Assembly (NCBI GenBank): GCA_049516595.1
Contig: JBEKSY010000014.1
Coordinates: 4,016 to 68,015, forward strand
Source of the DNA: Anaerolineales bacterium
GTDB lineage: Bacteria; Chloroflexota; Anaerolineae; Anaerolineales; RBG-16-64-43
DNA: 64,000 nt
Reading direction: 5' to 3'
Shown here one piece after another: positions 28,371-38,480 of the stretch; the stretch's first letter is position 1, and each line of letters opens with the position of its first letter. Below the pieces are notes generated by a model. It worked only from the letters and a program-made list of their open reading frames with translations. It made no database searches and was not told where the DNA came from. Both the position numbers and the translations under genes were made by a program.

Positions 28371-29184
28371 GATGTCTCCTGACGGCCTCGGGATCACGGA
28401 ACCGGAATCTACGGTCCAATCGACACTGCGGAGAGGGCATTGACCATGGAGGAGGAGGCAACACTCCAGTGCCCCCGTGATCAGGATGGGCGCATGGCCG
28501 GGCGGCCACCTCGCCAAGGGAACCCGGATTCTCCAATCGCAAACCCCGGGTCGAGTCGTTTCCCTGCTCAATTCTACATCCAGGAGCAGCCCGCCATTCT
28601 CGAGCCGGGGGGAGCGGCGGGGTGTCCGCCTGCCTGTGAGCGGCGAGGCAACGGGTCATCCTTCTGTCCCCTCTTTTTTCCGGAGGACCTGGGGCAATCC
28701 CAGCCGGTTCCGGCCATCTCCTTGGGGGGGTGTCCTGCGCTCGGCTCCCTTCCAGTTCCCGGAGGAAACATGGGGTGAAGATCGCGCCAAGCTGCGGGAG
28801 GGACCAAAGCGCCGATCCCCTCAGCCCTCGAAGCGACTGGCAGGGGGGTGGACCGTTATGATCGGGAGATCGGCAGGGACGGCGAGGGGGTGTCTCTTCC
28901 TTAGTACCGACCTCCGTGAAAGGAGGCCGATTGGGGACCATCCGATTATGATAGATTCAATCCACCGGGAGCAGACCTGAGTTCCCAACCACGGTGTTAG
29001 GTGCCGGATTTGCGTGGTGATCGAGCTGCCCGTTTCACTTGGATCTGGTGATTCCGGGGGAAGGCGCGGGGGATGCGCGGGCGGGGGGCACAGGGCCATC
29101 AGAATCTGAGGACCTTTTCATAGATGTACTGGACGCATCTGAGAATGGATGGGCACTATGGGAGAGGCACGATGAACGGGGTAA

Positions 29185-30228
29185 TTGCATGTCGAGGAGA
29201 GAGGGTGGGAGAGTAAGACCTTCCCGTTGGCACGATCGGATCTGACCTTGATACCTCCGGCGATTCACATCCAGGATCTATGCAAGACCTACTCGGTCAG
29301 CGAGCGGGAAGCGGGCGTCGTGGCTGCACTCCAAAGCCTCATACACCGCAAGAGGCAGGATGTTCCTGCCGTGGACGAGCTCTCCTTTGACCTCGTCCCC
29401 GGCGAGGTGGTTGGTTTCCTGGGTCCCAATGGAGCCGGGAAGACCACGACCCTGAAAATGCTCTCCGGCCTCTTGCATCCCACAGCGGGCGAGGTGACTG
29501 TGCTGGGTTATGTCCCCTGGAGGCGCGACAAGGCGTTCCTGCGTCAGATTACTTTGGTGATGGGGCAGCGGAACCAGTTGGTTTGGGATATCCCTGCCAT
29601 CGATTCGTTCGAATTGAACCGGGCGATCTATCGCATTCCAACGGTCGACTATGCGCGTATGCTCAACGAACTGACCGAACTGCTGGATCTCGGGCCCCTG
29701 CTGCGAAAGCCCGTCCGCAACCTTTCCCTGGGGGAACGGATGAAATGTGAAATCGCAGCGGCCCTGCTCCACCGACCTCAGGTGGTCTTTCTCGACGAGC
29801 CGACCATCGGGCTCGATGTCACCATGCAACGACGTATTCGCGCCTTCATCGGCGAGTACAACCGCCGCTTTGGGGCGACGGTCCTGCTCACCAGCCACTA
29901 TATGGCGGATGTCGAAGCGCTTTGTCGCCGGGTGGTCGTGATCCATCACGGCCGGCTCCTCTTCGACGGGGAATTGGCGGATCTCGTGCAGCAATTCACG
30001 GCGCATAAGACGATCGTGGTGCAGTTGGAGGACTGCCGGGTTGACCTGCGGTCCTACGGCGAGGTGGTTTCCTGCGCCGACGGGAGCTTTACCCTGCGGG
30101 TGCCCAAGGCGGAAACGGCCCGGGTCACCGAACGATTGCTCGCGGACCTACCGGTGATCGATCTCCTCGTGGAGGATCCTCCGATTGAGGAGGTAATCGA
30201 GAGCGTTTTTGCGCAGGGGGACACGTGA
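29185..30228 (+). CDS. ABC transporter ATP-binding protein (COG4586-like)
   Basis: Walker A GPNGAGKTT, signature LSLGERMKCEIAAAL, Walker B VVFLDEPTIGLD, H-loop TSHYM. The start is uncertain: in-frame TTG candidates at 29185, 29227 and 29248. Confidence 0.85.
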   Translation: MHVEERGWESKTFPLARSDLTLIPPAIHIQDLCKTYSVSEREAGVVAALQSLIHRKRQDVPAVDELSFDLVPGEVVGFLGPNGAGKTTTLKMLSGLLHPTAGEVTVLGYVPWRRDKAFLRQITLVMGQRNQLVWDIPAIDSFELNRAIYRIPTVDYARMLNELTELLDLGPLLRKPVRNLSLGERMKCEIAAALLHRPQVVFLDEPTIGLDVTMQRRIRAFIGEYNRRFGATVLLTSHYMADVEALCRRVVVIHHGRLLFDGELADLVQQFTAHKTIVVQLEDCRVDLRSYGEVVSCADGSFTLRVPKAETARVTERLLADLPVIDLLVEDPPIEEVIESVFAQGDT

Positions 30229-31028
30229 GAGCCCTGGCCGGTTTATACGTGCAGCAGTTCAAGACCACCCTCGCCTCCACGCTCCAATACCGCGCCTCGC
30301 TGGTCATTTGGATGATCGCCCACATCCTGGAACCGCTCGTGTACCTGATCGTGTGGTCGACAGTCTCGAACACGAGCGGCGGGAGCGTCGGCGACATCAC
30401 AACCCGAGGCTTTGCCGCCTACTACATTGTGCTGATGCTCGTCAACCATGTTACCTACACCTGGATCATGTACGAAAACGAGTATCGGATCCGGGAGGGC
30501 AGCTTGTCGTTCGCTCTGTTGAAACCCGTGCACCCCATCCACTCCGACATCGCCGATAACATCTCCTCCAAACTCATCACCCTGCCCATGATGCTGGCCG
30601 CCGCGGCGGGTCTGGCACTAATCTTCCGACCTTCCGCCTCCCCGGCTCTGTGGTCCCTGGCCGCGTCCGTGCCAGCCCTGGTGCTGGCCTTCCTGATCCG
30701 GTTTCTGGTGGAATGGACCCTGGCCCAGTCCGCCTTCTGGACCACACGCGTCAGCGCGATCAATCAGACCTACTTTGTCCCCCTGCTATTCCTCTCCGGC
30801 CAGATCGCGCCCCTTTCGCTCTTCCCCGTTCCGATCCAGGTTCTGGCCTCAGTCCTTCCATTCCGCTGGATGATCGGATTTCCAGTCGAACTTCTCACTG
30901 GACAACTCAGCCCGCTGCAGGGATTGATCGGTCTGGCGGCCCAGACCGCATGGCTGGCCTTGAGCATTGCCCTGGTGCGGATTGTTTGGCGGGCAGGCGT
31001 CCGGATCTATTCGGCGGTGGGCGCATGA
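30225..31028 (+). CDS. ABC-2 family transporter permease (COG4587-like)
   Basis: Polytopic membrane protein. The GTG start overlaps the ATPase stop (GTGA at 30225-30228). Confidence 0.75.
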   Translation: MRALAGLYVQQFKTTLASTLQYRASLVIWMIAHILEPLVYLIVWSTVSNTSGGSVGDITTRGFAAYYIVLMLVNHVTYTWIMYENEYRIREGSLSFALLKPVHPIHSDIADNISSKLITLPMMLAAAAGLALIFRPSASPALWSLAASVPALVLAFLIRFLVEWTLAQSAFWTTRVSAINQTYFVPLLFLSGQIAPLSLFPVPIQVLASVLPFRWMIGFPVELLTGQLSPLQGLIGLAAQTAWLALSIALVRIVWRAGVRIYSAVGA

Positions 31029-31810
31029 ACTACCTGCGTCTCCTTGGCGTTTTCTTCCGCGTCAGCGTCCTGGACGAACTCGCCTATCGGGTCAACTTTT
31101 TCGTCCAGTTGTTCCAGTCGTTTCTGGAATTGGCGACTGCCTTGGGGGGCCTGGCCGTGATCTTCTCTTTCACCGCCACGCTGGGCGGCTGGCGGCCCGA
31201 CGAGGTGCTAGCCCTGGTAGGGGTGTACTTCCTGGTCGGGGGGATAATTGGGCTGGTAATCCAGCCCGGCATGGAGGATTTGATTTCGTCCGTTCGTGAC
31301 GGATCACTCGACTTCCTGCTCACCAAGCCAGAGGACGCGCAGCTTCTCATTAGCATCCACCGGGTAGAGATCTGGAAGCTGATTGATGTCGCCCTGGGCC
31401 TGGGAGTGCTGGTCACTGCAATCATTCGATTGGGAGAGAAAGTGGGGGCGGGCCAAGCGGCATATTTCGCGGTCATGGTGACCGCTGGCGCAGCCATCAT
31501 CTACAGCTTTTGGCTCATCTTGGCCACTCTCTCGTTCTGGTTCGTGCGGGTGGAGAATATCCTCGAGATCTTCCAGAGCATGTATGAGGCCGGCCGTTGG
31601 CCGGTGAGCCTGTACCCCGGGTGGCTGCGTTTCGCGCTGACCTTCATCGTGCCGGTTGCATTTGCGACGACGGTGCCGGCCGAGGCTCTCATCGGTCGCC
31701 TTTCCGGGGGAACCTTGCTCAGTGGGGTGGTCCTGGCGGTGGTGTTGCTCGCCGGTTCTCGTCTCTTCTGGCAGGTTGGGCTGCGCCAGTATTCCGGGAC
31801 GTCCGCTTGA
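31025..31810 (+). CDS. ABC-2 family transporter permease (COG3694-like)
   Basis: MNYLRLLGVFFRVSVLDELAYRVNFF... is a polytopic protein. The ATG at 31025 overlaps the preceding stop (ATGA). The upstream part of the track ORF (30650-) overlaps the previous CDS and is discarded. Confidence 0.75.
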   Translation: MNYLRLLGVFFRVSVLDELAYRVNFFVQLFQSFLELATALGGLAVIFSFTATLGGWRPDEVLALVGVYFLVGGIIGLVIQPGMEDLISSVRDGSLDFLLTKPEDAQLLISIHRVEIWKLIDVALGLGVLVTAIIRLGEKVGAGQAAYFAVMVTAGAAIIYSFWLILATLSFWFVRVENILEIFQSMYEAGRWPVSLYPGWLRFALTFIVPVAFATTVPAEALIGRLSGGTLLSGVVLAVVLLAGSRLFWQVGLRQYSGTSA

Positions 31811-31933
31811 CGGGAGGCTCGTCGAGTCGTCCCACCTTGGCACACCCCGCAGGCCAATCATCGGGTCCCGCAGGGGGCGGGGGAAAGCGCGAGGGGTGGG
31901 GATGAGGCTTAGCCTGACCCAGTTCGTATTTGC

Positions 31934-32476
31934 TTGTTTGGGGGGTTCTTCTCCGTCTGGCTCGTCTTGGCCTTCCGGGACCGACCGAAAGCCGAGCGCC
32001 ACGAGTCGTTGGTTTCCCGGCTGGGATATCTGGTGCTGGTCGGGGCGGCGGCCGGGTTACTTGTCTTTGACCCAATCTTCTACGGCCTCTTGCTCACACG
32101 GTTCCTGCCTCAGGGGAGGTGGATCGGCCTGCTCGGCGTCTTGCTCGCCTGGCTGGGAATGGCCTTCGCCATCTGGGCCCGGGTGCAACTGGGGCGGAAT
32201 TGGAGCGCGCGGATCTCCGTCCGCATGGACCTTCAACGGATCCGAACAGGGCCCTATGCGCTTTTCCGCCACCCGATCCACACCGGAGGACTCGTTGCGG
32301 TGATCGCGACAGCCCTCGTGATCGGGGAAGTCAGGGGGCTTCTCGCGCTCGGACTGGTCGTCGTCGCCTTGGCGCTCAAGATCAGACTTGAGAAGATCGG
32401 GATGCTCGAGCGGTTTGGTGCGGACTATCGCCGGTATCAAGGGGAAGTCAATGCCATCATCCCGTTCCTGCTTTGA
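31934..32476 (+). CDS. isoprenylcysteine carboxyl methyltransferase (ICMT) family membrane protein
   Basis: C-terminal TGPYALFRHPIHTG...E..ML..FG..Y..Y motif typical of ICMT/PEMT-type methyltransferases, with 4-5 TM segments. TTG start. Confidence 0.75.
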   Translation: MFGGFFSVWLVLAFRDRPKAERHESLVSRLGYLVLVGAAAGLLVFDPIFYGLLLTRFLPQGRWIGLLGVLLAWLGMAFAIWARVQLGRNWSARISVRMDLQRIRTGPYALFRHPIHTGGLVAVIATALVIGEVRGLLALGLVVVALALKIRLEKIGMLERFGADYRRYQGEVNAIIPFLL

Positions 32477-32641
32477 GCCGATCACTGCGGACGGAAGTCA
32501 CGACCTCGGACACGCGGGTGGCGGATTCAAGGAGTCCGCCGAGGGGGCAGGACCCTGTGATGTGCGCGGGGGCCCCGCCCACGGCGGTTGTTTGAATGAG
32601 GGGCCATCCGCAGGGGCACAGGTCGCTGGGGAGTGACGGTC

Positions 32642-33124
32642 ATGGGAAGCCCAAGCAAACTAGCGTCCTACGACAGCGTCTTCCTGGAGTTCTGCGATTG
32701 CATTAGGTCTGTACCGGATTGTCTGTTCTTGAAACCAATGAATGGCTGGTCACCTCGTGATGTGGTGGCGCACTTGGTAGGCTGGCACTACCGCATGATC
32801 CAGGCTTGCCAGGAGATTCGGCGAGGTCAGGCCCCGGGCTATTATGCCGATGCTGCCACCGATTACGCCAACCTCAATACCGCCTCGGTCGCCCAGTTCA
32901 TGTCCCAGTCGAAGGAGGAGTTGCTGAGAGAGCTTACCTCTTCTCGACAGGAGTTCCTGAACTATCTGGGGACCCTCGATCCGAGCGAGTGGGATGCAGA
33001 CCACGTTGTGGTCCACCATAGAGGCGGGCCGGCCACCGTGGGCAGGATCGTAGAGGCCCTGCTTGGGGATTACCGCCAGCACACAAAAGAGATCGGGAAG
33101 TGGCTGGCAGAAAGACCGGATTAG
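32642..33124 (+). CDS. DinB-like four-helix-bundle family protein
   Basis: WSPRDVVAHLVGWH plus a C-terminal H-rich helix (GDYRQHTKEI) resemble the DinB_2 / MDMPI N-terminal-like fold. The ATG at 32642 follows GGGGAG. Confidence 0.6.
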   Translation: MGSPSKLASYDSVFLEFCDCIRSVPDCLFLKPMNGWSPRDVVAHLVGWHYRMIQACQEIRRGQAPGYYADAATDYANLNTASVAQFMSQSKEELLRELTSSRQEFLNYLGTLDPSEWDADHVVVHHRGGPATVGRIVEALLGDYRQHTKEIGKWLAERPD

Positions 33125-33263
33125 GACTCGAGCAAAAAGCGGTCCCGCTCGAGCAACGGCGGACGGATGCGCCTCTTGCACGAAGGTGGAGCCGCTTTGT
33201 CGCCCGGGTCCACACGACCGAATCTGTGCGAGCAGGGCGAGCCCACCGACCGACCAGGTCTTC

Positions 33264-33686
33264 ATGACCATGCCGAGATCAGGTTCAGCAGAGAGTTTCC
33301 TTGCAATCGCGGCGGCGCTCGCCTGCGTGTTGGTCACGGGGATCCTTTGGCCCGTGATCGCTTCCCGCCAGCCCATGTGGCCTCTCCCGGGCATCTATCT
33401 GATCGAGATTCCCATGCTCGCCCTGGCGGCCGCGTCCGCCGTTCTCCTGGATTCCCCCATGGGGGGGGCAATTGTCTGGATCGCCTTTGGGGCCACGGCT
33501 GCTTTTGCGGGCTTGGCGGCGCTCAGCATTGGGTTCCTTTATTTTCCCGAGGCGGCTGCTCTCGGACTGGCGGGGATCCTCGTCGTGAGGAGAAGGCGGC
33601 TGAGTGCCAGTCTCCACTTGGCTCTGGGTATCGCTGCGCTGGCGGGCCAGACAGGCCTCATCCTGGCCCTGTCCCGCCTATCTTAG
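33264..33686 (+). CDS. hypothetical membrane protein
   Basis: 140 aa with about four hydrophobic segments rich in A/L/G. No family recognised. The start is chosen at MTMPRS, and the upstream part of the track ORF is R/S/P-rich. Confidence 0.45.
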   Translation: MTMPRSGSAESFLAIAAALACVLVTGILWPVIASRQPMWPLPGIYLIEIPMLALAAASAVLLDSPMGGAIVWIAFGATAAFAGLAALSIGFLYFPEAAALGLAGILVVRRRRLSASLHLALGIAALAGQTGLILALSRLS

Positions 33687-33919
33687 CCAGAAGGGTTTTC
33701 TGAATTCGCTCGGGAATGGACCGATGAGACCGGAGTTTCTTCGGTCTCTCTCTGGCCCCCAAAGCCGAGGCCTGGAGGCCAGAAGGGTTCTTTTCGCCCT
33801 GCGACTACTCGGAGCAAGCGCCGGGTTCCCCTCAACCGTCCGGCGTGGACGGATCGGGCAAGTCGGTCTAATATTGCCTATTTGAGAATCCCTGTCGCGT
33901 CTCTTCGAGGGAAAGGTCT

Positions 33920-35083
33920 ATGACCAGTTCAGTCTTTTTCGGATCGGCCCATCAAACGCGCATGGAAGCGAAGGAGACCCTTCCGGCCAAGCTCGACCTG
34001 ATTCTTGAGCGGCTGGGCCTCAGGGAGCGGGTGAAGGGGGAAACTGTGCTGATCAAGATGCACACGGGGAACAACATCAACTACTCCACCATTCCGCCGC
34101 TTTTTGTTCGCAAGGTGGTGGAGGTTGTCAAGCAAGGGGGCGGCAAGCCGTTTATCGCGGACGTGTACTGGGACGTCGAGGGTGCCGAGAAACGGGGCTA
34201 CTCCCAGGAAATGGTTGGATGCCCCGTTTACTTGGCGGCAGGAATTGACGAGAAGTATTCCTACACCTTTGTTCGACCCTTCAAGAACCTGAAGGAGTGG
34301 AAGGTCGCCGGAATGGTGAATGATGCGACCTTCCTGATCAACTTCGCCCATGTCAAGGGGCACCCTTCGTGCGGATTTGGCGGAGCAATCAAGAATCTGG
34401 CACTGGGATGCATGATCACCGAGACCCGCAGCGCGATGCATGACAGTTGCCACTTTGATCGATATTGGTTTCCTGAAATGTGCCCAGACGCCGAGACGCG
34501 GGGGAAGATCGTCGCCGCCTGTCCCTTCGGGGCACTTGTTGAAGACAAGGATCGACCTGAGGAGCTGCACCTGCACTTCGAGCAATGCAATCAGTGCGGC
34601 CGCTGCCTGAAGCTGGCCCCGGCTGGAAGCCTGCGGATTGACCGCGTCAACTTCGATTCTTTTCAGGAAGCTTGTGCCATCAGCACCGCGGTCACCCTCT
34701 CCACTTTTGCTCCCGGCAAGAGCGTCCATCTCAATCTCGCGACCGACATCACACCGTTCTGCGATTGCTTCGGGTTCACCACGCTCCCCATCCTCCCGGA
34801 TGTGGGTCTCTTTGGATGTGATGACCTGGTGGCGCTCGAACAGGCGACCCTTGACCTGACCTCGACTTGCCTGCTGATTGAGGAAAATATCCCTTCTTCC
34901 ATGGAAGTGTTCTTCAGGGAGGGCCATCCCTTCCGCCAGTTGCATGGCCCGCTCAAGGACCCGTATCGAGTTGTGGAATATGCGCAGGCTCTCGGCATCG
35001 GGTCCCGCTCATACGAGCTGGTCGATGTGCTGCCGCTGGAGTCTGTGCCCCGGTCGCCCATTGGCTACATTCCTGCGCGCTGA
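33920..35083 (+). CDS. DUF362 domain-containing Fe-S protein
   Basis: 387 aa with VLIKMHTGN...FIADV...FAHVKGH, characteristic of DUF362, plus a ferredoxin-like CNQCGRC segment. RBS GAGGGAAAGG. Confidence 0.8.
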   Translation: MTSSVFFGSAHQTRMEAKETLPAKLDLILERLGLRERVKGETVLIKMHTGNNINYSTIPPLFVRKVVEVVKQGGGKPFIADVYWDVEGAEKRGYSQEMVGCPVYLAAGIDEKYSYTFVRPFKNLKEWKVAGMVNDATFLINFAHVKGHPSCGFGGAIKNLALGCMITETRSAMHDSCHFDRYWFPEMCPDAETRGKIVAACPFGALVEDKDRPEELHLHFEQCNQCGRCLKLAPAGSLRIDRVNFDSFQEACAISTAVTLSTFAPGKSVHLNLATDITPFCDCFGFTTLPILPDVGLFGCDDLVALEQATLDLTSTCLLIEENIPSSMEVFFREGHPFRQLHGPLKDPYRVVEYAQALGIGSRSYELVDVLPLESVPRSPIGYIPAR

Positions 35084-35685
35084 ACGGATTCTTGCGTCGA
35101 CTGAGAGGTCTATTTCCAGGCGCTTCCTCACAGGGGCGGCTTGGCACATGCAGGGCTGAGCCATATGAGCGGGGTGGTGCTGGACCGTAAGCTTGAGGAA
35201 GCCGGCGGGGGACCAGCTTAGGCTGGTAAGGATTCCTATCCGGTCATGGACCGTGGCCCCATCGCTCGGGGAGCTTGCGCCTGGGTCCGCTTTGGGCCGG
35301 CCCCCGTCGGCCGAGCGCGGTCAAGCGTCTCCTCGCGACAGGCGTTGCTTGGCGTGGGGCGGGGACGGACCTTCGATGGGTTTGCGGGAGTCCTGAACCC
35401 GGCTTGGCGCATTCTAGCGGTCCGGCTGGATCATCCTTCCCTCGAGACAGGCGGCGCGGCCGAAGTCAACATATCTCTCACCCGGCTGAAGGAGATGGCC
35501 CATATACCTGCCGGTGTGCGGGAGGCGGATCGTGGAAAGGGTGCCTCTTCCGTCCCGAAGCCCTGGCGAGAGGGCTTTTCCTCCAGAGTTGCCCCCAGGA
35601 CGGTTATCCCGATAAGATGGTGTCCTCAAAGGCGGAGGTAGGCTTCGCGTCGAATGCTGGTCCCTCGTGTCGAAAGGACGTTGCC

Positions 35686-36096
35686 ATGGATCTGATGATT
35701 GACTTCCCTGGGAGAGCGCGGGTGGATGCTCACTTTGGCCCTTTTGTCGTGGCCACAGACCAGCCGACGCAGGGAGGGGGTCCTGGCTCGGCTCCCACCC
35801 CGTTTGAGATTTTTCTCGCGTCGCTGGGGACGTGCGCCGGCTTCTATGTCTTGGAGTTTTGCCACCAGCGAGGGATAGCTGCGGCGGGAATACGGTTGCA
35901 CCAGCACATGGAACAAGACCCGTCGAGCGGACTGGTCAGCAGGATCGACTTGGATATTCAACTCCCGCCGGACTTCCCCGAGAGATACAGAGCGGCCGTG
36001 ATCCGTGCCGCAGAGCAATGCACCGTGAAAAAACACCTGGAGCACCCACCGGTCATTGATGTCCGCATCTTCGTTTCCGGATCGGCACCATCCTGA
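35686..36096 (+). CDS. OsmC family peroxiredoxin-like protein
   Basis: 136 aa with PTPFEIFLASLGTCAGF... and a C-terminal AEQCTVKKHL, the two conserved Cys contexts of OsmC/Ohr. Confidence 0.8.
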   Translation: MDLMIDFPGRARVDAHFGPFVVATDQPTQGGGPGSAPTPFEIFLASLGTCAGFYVLEFCHQRGIAAAGIRLHQHMEQDPSSGLVSRIDLDIQLPPDFPERYRAAVIRAAEQCTVKKHLEHPPVIDVRIFVSGSAPS

Positions 36097-37006
36097 TCCG
36101 TTCGGTGGCGTTTGGGTCCCCCAAGGGCATTACGCCGGCCAAGAAGCCCCCGCGCGGCGCAGCCCTCGAGGGAACCTTGAGGCCATTTGACTTGCACCAC
36201 TTCGAACGGAAAATGCAGAGGCCCGCTTCAAGATCCGGGAATTCGGCTCAGGCCATCAGCAACGGCCGCTGCTCGGCCATAGCTCTCTTTCGATTGTCAA
36301 TCAAGGAGTAGGTAGCACCTATCGCGCCCGCCAACTTGGAACGTAAGACATCGTGCGGACGAAGCGCCACGCTCTCGCTGTCTGCGTGAGGAACGCCACA
36401 CAACTGAACGAGGTACTTGGAGGTGGCTGGCCCGGATAGGGGTTGGGTGACATCGGATGACGCCACGCCGGCGGGCCAGTTCTTCGAGGGGGCACCGCGG
36501 AATCCAGAGGCCCAGACCCCAGAGCATTTGAGGTCCCACCCGTCACGAGGGAGGCAGACCCGGCCGTTTCCCTTCAACACGGGACTTCGGCGTCTCATGT
36601 CCGTCCCCGGTGGATATCCGTGGCGAGCTTAACTTCATTCCGCAGTCAAGATCCTTGCTGGGCCCGCGGAGCCCAAGGCGTGGCGCGCGTTAAGGAAAGG
36701 ACAGGGGCAACTTTCCCGACCCATCACGGCTCAAAGACTCCCCGGTGCGGCCAATATGCGTGACGATCGGGGAGTCGCGCGAAATCGAACGAGGTCGCGG
36801 TCGTTCGGATACAATTTGAGGCGAGGGGTCCTTGCTCAGCATCAAGGAGCCGGGAAGGGTCCTTTGCAGCCCGGGAATTGCGGCGGTTTCAGTGACCGCC
36901 CGGTCTGTGGTCCCATTCGCTTCCAAATTCCCGGCCTTGGGGAGCCTGCGGGGAGATCGGCCCTCGCCCGGTAAAGCCATCAGCTCTGCGGCATGGCGAT
37001 TGTGCC

Positions 37007-38125
37007 ATGAGGAGGCGGATGCCCACAGACCCTGCGGTCGAACTCCGCGATGTCCTCCAGCGTTATGACCTGGGGCAGTTGGTCGGGCTGGAGCGGAACG
37101 AGCGTGGATATGTCAACACCAGCTTCGTGGTCGACGTGGATAGACAGGGGGTGAGCGCACGCTATTTTGTACGCAAGTACAAGAAGGGAATCAACGAGTC
37201 CGACGTTCGATTTGAGCACTCCGTGATCAACCGTTTGGTTGCTGCGGGAAGTCCGCCTGTAGCGCGCTTGCACCTAACCCAGAATGGCAGCACCTACCTG
37301 CATCGCTTTTCAGGCGAGGATCGCAAAGGAGATTACTTCGCGATCTTCGATTTCCTGCCCGATGAGGATCGCTATACCTGGGTCGGCCCTCGATGTCTGC
37401 CGAAGGAATCCCGCAGCTCGGCGATCGTCCAGGCTCAATTCCATAAAGCAATGGAGGGCTTCCAGCCCGAGGGGCAAAGGGAGGAGCCCAGGATCCTCGA
37501 TCTCCTGCAGCTCATCGCCACGCGCCTGGCCACGGCCGGCGGGCGATCGAAGCACACGGTCTTCGATGCGTACCTGGAGGAACACCTGGAGCTTCTGGAG
37601 CGTGATCTGAGCGAGACGCTGGAGTATCTGCAGGAGCCTCCAGCACGCGCATTGCCGCAAGTCGTGATCCACTGCGACTATCACCCGGGCAATCTCAAGT
37701 TCCGCGGCTCGGAAGTGACCGGGGTGTTCGATTTTGACTGGTCCAAGCTGGACCTGCGGGCCTTCGATGTCGGCCTGGCCCTTTGGTATTTCTACACTTC
37801 CTGGGATGGAGAGCACGACGGTGAGCTGAGGCTGGAAGATGTGGCAATCTATCTGGGTGCCTACCAGCAGTATATGTATGGCCGCCCAGGCCTTGGACCT
37901 CTCTCCGCCCAAGAGAGAGTCTACCTGCCGTATCTGATCAATGCGGGGAACCTGTATATCCTCTACTGGACCGTCGAGGATTACTTCAACAAGGCGGCCG
38001 ACCCCCAGGAGTACCTGGTCTACCTGCGCCACAGCGTCAACTTCACGAAGTGGATCCGGGCCGAGGGGAACCTGGACGCGCTGAGAGTCACCCTCTCGCA
38101 GCTGCCGGGCAGCGAGCCCAGGTGA
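37007..38125 (+). CDS. phosphotransferase (APH / homoserine kinase type II family)
   Basis: Brenner motif VIHCDYHPGNLKF and metal-binding VFDFDW, with an N-terminal GYVNTSF nucleotide-lobe motif. Confidence 0.8.
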   Translation: MRRRMPTDPAVELRDVLQRYDLGQLVGLERNERGYVNTSFVVDVDRQGVSARYFVRKYKKGINESDVRFEHSVINRLVAAGSPPVARLHLTQNGSTYLHRFSGEDRKGDYFAIFDFLPDEDRYTWVGPRCLPKESRSSAIVQAQFHKAMEGFQPEGQREEPRILDLLQLIATRLATAGGRSKHTVFDAYLEEHLELLERDLSETLEYLQEPPARALPQVVIHCDYHPGNLKFRGSEVTGVFDFDWSKLDLRAFDVGLALWYFYTSWDGEHDGELRLEDVAIYLGAYQQYMYGRPGLGPLSAQERVYLPYLINAGNLYILYWTVEDYFNKAADPQEYLVYLRHSVNFTKWIRAEGNLDALRVTLSQLPGSEPR

Positions 38126-38480
38126 CCGCCTGGGTGTGACACCCTCTTCGTCGAAAGATGGGCCCTGATTGGTTCCTGCCCTGGTAAAGGCTAGGGGGAA
38201 GGGGAAAAGAGAGCCTGCGGTCGAAAAAAAAAAGGGCCCTCCTCCTGAGTCCCGGGTGCTCACCTGCCCAAGACCCCAAGACCCCTTTGGGCCCGAATGG
38301 CGAACGCGATCCGGCAGGAATCGCTCCCAGATCCAGCGCTCTGTCGGAGCTGGAGCTGAAAGCGGCTCCGGAATTGGTTGCCTCCCTCGGCGGAGACGCT
38401 GGGGTTGGCGCACCCAGGCCCCGCATCTGAGAACCCCAGCTCTTCTCAACTTACGCGTTCACCCAATCCGTTTGGAAGCC

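Noticed and set aside
38224-38233. A10 tract (T10 on the minus strand) in the convergent gap after the Moco oxidoreductase, considered as an intrinsic terminator.
   Set aside because: No stable hairpin immediately precedes the T-run on the minus strand; there are only distant GGGCCC self-complementary hexamers. It is noted as a compositional oddity only.
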